This document shows positions 59,868-64,000 of a stretch of DNA of 64,000 bases, one piece after another. Each line of letters starts with the position of its first letter. Position 1 is the first letter of the stretch. The DNA lies in the IMG/VR virus record IMGVR_UViG_3300048591_000242, positions 64,001 through 128,000 of that record; one strand, given 5' to 3'. This stretch comes from a virus (Duplodnaviria > Caudoviricetes). Under the pieces are notes generated by a model. It saw nothing but the letters and a program-made list of their open reading frames with translations, ran no database searches and had not been told where the DNA came from. The position numbers and the translations under genes were made by a program.

Positions 59868-60305
59868 ATGCTAATACCAGCAATTACCTTAACTATCGTG
59901 TACGCGGTTTCATTGTCTATAACCAACTTTATGTATGGACGCATTATAAAACAAGGAATGGTTACCGCTATTACCTTCACAAACCTTATAATTTCATTAT
60001 TGGTAATGACGTTAGTAGGTGGTACCGACCCTATTATAATAATGGGTATGGCATTAGGTGCCATGACGTTACCCTTTCTTATGGATGTAATATTGAAGGG
60101 AAATGTTAACCTATTTATATACTTAAACATGTTGCCTGTAGTAGTTGGGCTGGTAGGCGTAGTACATCTGTGGGGGACTGGTGTGGAGCCTGCTGGATTA
60201 ACTGCCGTAGTGTTATGCGGCTCAGTCTATGTGATATGGCTTGGTATGAAAAAGGACAAGGCTAAAGCTTGTTTATGGCAGGCAAGAAACCTTTATCTTA
60301 GTTAA
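59868..60305 (+). CDS. membrane protein, paralogue B
   Basis: Same length and motifs as 59387-59827. Confidence 0.75.
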   Translation: MLIPAITLTIVYAVSLSITNFMYGRIIKQGMVTAITFTNLIISLLVMTLVGGTDPIIIMGMALGAMTLPFLMDVILKGNVNLFIYLNMLPVVVGLVGVVHLWGTGVEPAGLTAVVLCGSVYVIWLGMKKDKAKACLWQARNLYLS

Positions 60306-60347
60306 CAGCATAGCTATAGTCTACCCATAGTGGGTAGACTATAGCTA
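60306..60347. terminator. bidirectional hairpin element
   Basis: 17-bp stem TAGCTATAGTCTACCCA/TGGGTAGACTATAGCTA, CAGCATA at the left edge; convergent genes. Confidence 0.75.
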
Positions 60348-60493
60348 CATGCAGTGCGTATAGGCGTTTTATAAAACGCCTTATTTTTTTGTTTAAAACA
60401 AAGGAAAGATAAATTGTTAAAGATCCTCAGAAGTCATATAGCACTAGAACATACACGATTCTAATGACACATTGTTCCGCATAAGATAAGTTA

Positions 60494-61231
60494 TTATTTC
60501 GGCAAACCCATGGTAATATAACGCATATGTGTTTCGCGATCCGCCATAATACTTATCTTCTTCCAACGTATTCTTAAGATATCCCTATAGATCTCCCAAC
60601 TATCGGCATAGTCATCTACTAAACTACGCATTCTACCGTCTACTAAGCCGCCAGTGTTAGCAGTAATAGACATGTTTATAGAAAGTTTATTAAAGATATA
60701 GCCCTTTGTAGCTACTACAGCTAAATCACCAAAGTCTAAAAGAGCCTTTTGGTTAAAGTTAGAAAGATTGGCGTCGTTTACTATAGTACAGCGTAAGTGA
60801 CTGTTTTGATTCTGTGGGTTTACTGGCACGAAGATAGTATTTGGTGCCACTAGATATACCTCAGGTGTGCCGGTAAATCCAGGTACTCCATCAGATATAG
60901 CATACGGCTCAACCCCTCTATTTACTATCTCTAACGAAAGTACTGAAGATATTAGCCTACCGTGTGTTTGGGATAAAGGTATTTCTATACGTACACCTTG
61001 CTCCATATACGTCCAAGCGGCATGTACTAGCGGCACAGTAATTACCTCACCACCCACTATATTACAGTCTACCATAACTATCTTACCGATAACCTCACTT
61101 CTTATAGTGTAGTCTAGAGACGTTCTATCGGTGTGATATCCCCATTGATTGGTACCAAAGGCCAATGCCAAAAGTGCCTCCGGCACCTCTCTATAAACCC
61201 GGCTAATGGCGTAGTCGATTGCGTTTGACAT
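60494..61231 (-). CDS. conserved phiKZ-like protein divergent from phuZ (probable virion protein)
   Basis: 'MSNAIDYAI..V..EVPEALL..AF', 'GKIVMVDCNIVGG'; position next to the tubulin gene. Confidence 0.6.
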   Translation of the reverse strand: MSNAIDYAISRVYREVPEALLALAFGTNQWGYHTDRTSLDYTIRSEVIGKIVMVDCNIVGGEVITVPLVHAAWTYMEQGVRIEIPLSQTHGRLISSVLSLEIVNRGVEPYAISDGVPGFTGTPEVYLVAPNTIFVPVNPQNQNSHLRCTIVNDANLSNFNQKALLDFGDLAVVATKGYIFNKLSINMSITANTGGLVDGRMRSLVDDYADSWEIYRDILRIRWKKISIMADRETHMRYITMGLPK

Positions 61232-61287
61232 TGTATTTCCCCTAAAACTAATAAGTATATTAACACAGGATTCTTCAATGGTTTGTT

Positions 61288-61300
61288 AGGTATATATTAC
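61288..61300 (+). promoter_or_regulatory. putative early promoter of phuZ, AGGTATATATTAC
   Basis: Same motif family, about 100 nt upstream of the phuZ ATG. Confidence 0.7.
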
Positions 61301-61403
61301 CCAATAGCAGTAACAGAAAATAACAGCTTCAAGGAATTCTATGCACAACCTAGGTATGGCGTGGCTTCTTATATTTTTCAACTAAAACAAAGGAAATTAA
61401 AAA

Positions 61404-61715
61404 ATGGCTAGAAACTCAATTTCTATTTACGGCTGCGGTGGATTCGGCATCAACATCGTCCGTAACTTTGTGAATATTCCAGATGACCCGGAGCGGCAAC
61501 TGTATCCAAAAACAAGCATTCATGCCATTGACACCAGTGACAGTAATTTGGGCGCTTCACACAATGACATCAAGCACCATGTGGTGCCCGGAATCGACGG
61601 TGCCGGTAAAAACCGTAAACGTGCGTATGAAGCTACGCTGCCGCACATTGCTACAATACTTAACGATCATCGGCCGGGTATATTCAACGTCGTCATATTC
61701 TCAACATCAGGTGGT
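61404..61715 (+). CDS. phuZ: PhuZ/TubZ phage tubulin, exon 1 (104 codons; the rest lies beyond the window)
   Basis: 'IYGCGGFGINI' (T1 loop), 'IDTSDSN', 'DGAGKNR', 'FSTSGG' = start of the T4 signature (GGGSGS in PhuZ); homology stops at GGT GGT (61710-61715). Confidence 0.9.
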
Positions 61716-61836
61716 AAAGTGATACATTAGTATCCATAGCCTGCTACAGCAGTGATGTTGTAGTAATCGTCTCCTAATTGCGGGAAACTCCTTCCTGTCC
61801 AATATTATGTTCACTAACATAACAAAGGTCAGGCAA

Positions 61837-62487
61837 ATGTCTAATTTTGAAACAAGAGTATGTTCGTATTGCAACAATGAGTATACGAATATTTATCGAG
61901 GACCACACGATGTGAAGGGATACACAATACCTACTTCATATTGTAGTAAATCATGCGCCGGAAAGGCGAAGGGTCCTATACTAGAAGATAGAGGTAAAGA
62001 AAACCTTAAGGCCGAAGCTTTGCAGTGCATTGAAGCGGCAGGTAGGTATCTCACTAAAGAAGAAATCTTAACTGAGGTTAAATGTTCTTCAAAAACACTT
62101 ACTAAACATGGTATTAAAATATCAGAACTAAATGCTGAATTAGGTTTCATTAAACCACGTTCAGTTTTTGAAGGTAAGGTGGGTAGGATACTTAAGGATA
62201 AATTTTCAAATGTAGAAAGTGAAAAAACATTTGAAGGTTTAACCGCACCAACAGGTTATCCCCTTAGGGTGGATTTTTATATACCCGAACTTAATCTAGT
62301 AGTTGAGGCCGACGGTTTACAACACTCCGATAAAAAACATCCATGGGCCACTCATCCCAATGGTACTGTCCGGGAATACGACGAAATCAAAAACAAATTC
62401 CTTCGTGATAATGAAATTGATCTTGTGCGTATTCCGTATAGTAAGAATGTTACTCCTGAAAGTGTTTTGGATAAATTAGATATTTGA
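61837..62487 (+). CDS. intron-encoded homing endonuclease 1 (PD-(D/E)XK/EDxHD, Vsr/DUF559-like) with N-terminal Zn finger
   Basis: CSYC...CSKSC, helical middle region, 'LRVDFYIPELNLVVEADGLQH', 'YDEIKN..LRDNEIDLVRIPY'; lies between the two P4 strands. Confidence 0.85.
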   Translation: MSNFETRVCSYCNNEYTNIYRGPHDVKGYTIPTSYCSKSCAGKAKGPILEDRGKENLKAEALQCIEAAGRYLTKEEILTEVKCSSKTLTKHGIKISELNAELGFIKPRSVFEGKVGRILKDKFSNVESEKTFEGLTAPTGYPLRVDFYIPELNLVVEADGLQHSDKKHPWATHPNGTVREYDEIKNKFLRDNEIDLVRIPYSKNVTPESVLDKLDI

Positions 62488-62709
62488 GAGCATTATATAC
62501 CAAGCTAATATCGAAAGATAAGTAGTGGCCTGACTAACTATCAGGGTATGGTAAAAATTATAATGATTGGACAATCCGCCGCGAAGCTTCTCTATGCTAA
62601 AGCAGTGAAGTGTGCTCAACGACTAACCCACTAACCAGGGTGTAGGGTACTAGTGTATCCGAAATGGAGACTGTCTTTAATCGACTAAAGTTTAATTATC
62701 AAAAATCTC

Positions 62710-63990
62710 GTGGGGGGATTTTTGATTCTGGAGGTGTTTATAGAAAAGTGGAAACTTGTAAAATTGGCACCAAATTATGAAATATCTAGCTGTGGAAAAG
62801 TTAGAAGAGTTAAAGATCACTACCATCTAAAAATTGGTATAGACAGATATGGTTATAATAAAATACATCTAATAAAAAATGATGGATCTAATTATTACAC
62901 AACCATACATCGTCTAGTGGCTATTGCTTTTGTAGATAATCCAAATAGATATACTCAAGTTAATCACAAGGATGGCAATAAAGCAAACAACCACTATACC
63001 AACCTGGAGTGGTGTGACGCAAAACACAACGTTATCCACTCGTATGTGAATGGATTAAACAACAACAGGCTACCCGTTATACTAAAAGATTTAAATACCG
63101 GCTATAAAAAATCTTTTATCTCAATAAAAGAAATGTGTAGATATTTAAATTTGAAACCAAATGTGGTTACTCCTTATATCAAAATATCCCACAAATACCC
63201 TTTTATGGGGAAATACGTAATTGAGGCCGATGAGACTGCTATAAAAGGTATATCTAATAGTAAATCACATGGTGTTGATTGTTATGTTTATGATCATGTC
63301 TCTTGCAAACTGACCAAATATCCAAGCATCAATATGGCTTCGTATTTTACAGGAATTAGAGGGCTATCTAATTTATCTAAATACAGTCCTATTAATGTTG
63401 CTGGATATACAGTAAGCAAAATAAGAGAAGAGTGCGTGTCTGATAAACACAAAATAAGTCTTACCTATGCATCTGAAAAGAGGGAAAAATATCACAGCGT
63501 TTCATACACCCAAAGATCAGACGAGGGATATGAGACATATGACTATTATACAGGAAAAACTGTATGGCACAAGGACAGAGACTGTGTTAGGGACTGGATA
63601 AACAAACACAGGGTCATATCCACCTTGCCCATAGAAAGCGATAACGTTAACGTAGCGGTATCTAGTTCTAAGAAAAATAGCAGAACATGTCTTCTTAGGG
63701 GCTATGGGGTAAGATCACTACTTCATGGTTTTGAATGGTTTCCTTATACGGAGGAAGTTATTTTATCAAACATGTATAATAGAAAATTCATTACTAAGTG
63801 TTTTAAGCTAAAAATGTGTGGCAAAACTGAAATAGTATTTGGCCTTCCGGCATTAGCTAAAATATTAAATGCGCCGCATGACATGCCTTTTAACAAAATG
63901 TCTGTTACGTATTTAAACTCGTTGCTAAACGCACCCCACGAAAGCGTAGAGCGACTTAATAACATAGTCGATTTAAAGATAAAGATATAG
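62710..63990 (+). CDS. intron-encoded homing endonuclease 2 (NUMOD4-HNH-NUMOD1 type)
   Basis: 'EKWK....NYEISSCGKVR', 'IHRLVAIAF', 'VNHKDGNKANNHYTNLEWCDAKHNVIH'; enclosed by P8, with the last codons overlapping P8 3' and J8/7; start uncertain. Confidence 0.9.
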   Translation: MGGFLILEVFIEKWKLVKLAPNYEISSCGKVRRVKDHYHLKIGIDRYGYNKIHLIKNDGSNYYTTIHRLVAIAFVDNPNRYTQVNHKDGNKANNHYTNLEWCDAKHNVIHSYVNGLNNNRLPVILKDLNTGYKKSFISIKEMCRYLNLKPNVVTPYIKISHKYPFMGKYVIEADETAIKGISNSKSHGVDCYVYDHVSCKLTKYPSINMASYFTGIRGLSNLSKYSPINVAGYTVSKIREECVSDKHKISLTYASEKREKYHSVSYTQRSDEGYETYDYYTGKTVWHKDRDCVRDWINKHRVISTLPIESDNVNVAVSSSKKNSRTCLLRGYGVRSLLHGFEWFPYTEEVILSNMYNRKFITKCFKLKMCGKTEIVFGLPALAKILNAPHDMPFNKMSVTYLNSLLNAPHESVERLNNIVDLKIKI

Positions 63991-64000
63991 TCTAGTCTGC

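Larger units (their letters stand above)
61716..64000 (+). mobile_element. group I intron (subgroup IA2-like) in phuZ, 3' end beyond window
   Basis: 5' splice site after U with a U-G pair to GCC (61739-41); P2 61743-61764 with GTGA loop; P3 GTCTCC(61769-74)/GGAGAC(62666-71); P4 GCGGG(61780-84)/TCCGC(62575-79); P7 GACTA(62621-25)/TAGTC(63988-92); P7.1 and P7.2 hairpins (62626-62660); P8 62674-87/63965-79; J8/7 AAGATA. Confidence 0.92.

Noticed and set aside
61716-61730. In-frame tail KVIH-stop making phuZ look like a 108-aa truncated gene or pseudogene
   Set aside because: These codons are the start of the intron; a full group I core follows.
1-64000. tRNA, rRNA, CRISPR arrays or alternative genetic code
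   Set aside because: None was seen by eye, and long core ORFs are intact under the standard code. A tRNAscan or Infernal run was not possible.

Overview
This window is a 64 kb segment of a phiKZ-like, nucleus-forming-type jumbo phage genome. It is AT-rich, uses the standard genetic code, and the host is probably a Gram-negative gammaproteobacterium. Core genes recognised from motifs and gene order: RNase H, UvsX/RecA-like recombinase, three virion RNA polymerase subunits (gp149-, gp180- and gp178-like), a gp181-like tail protein with an M23 domain, prohead protease, SbcC-like ATPase, tail tube and sheath, large terminase and the PhuZ tubulin. Accessory genes include an HDOD protein, spanin-like pairs, a macrodomain, a BspA/DUF285 repeat protein, a lipase, a thermonuclease, dCMP deaminase and a free-standing HNH endonuclease. 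The most striking element is at the right end. The PhuZ gene is split at its GTP-binding signature motif by a subgroup IA2-type group I intron that carries two homing endonuclease genes of different families and runs off the window. A family of intergenic hairpins followed by a conserved TATGCYG motif, and a recurrent AGGTATATAT(T/C)AC promoter motif, are also visible. phiKZ gp numbers come from remembered motifs and synteny, not from a database search.
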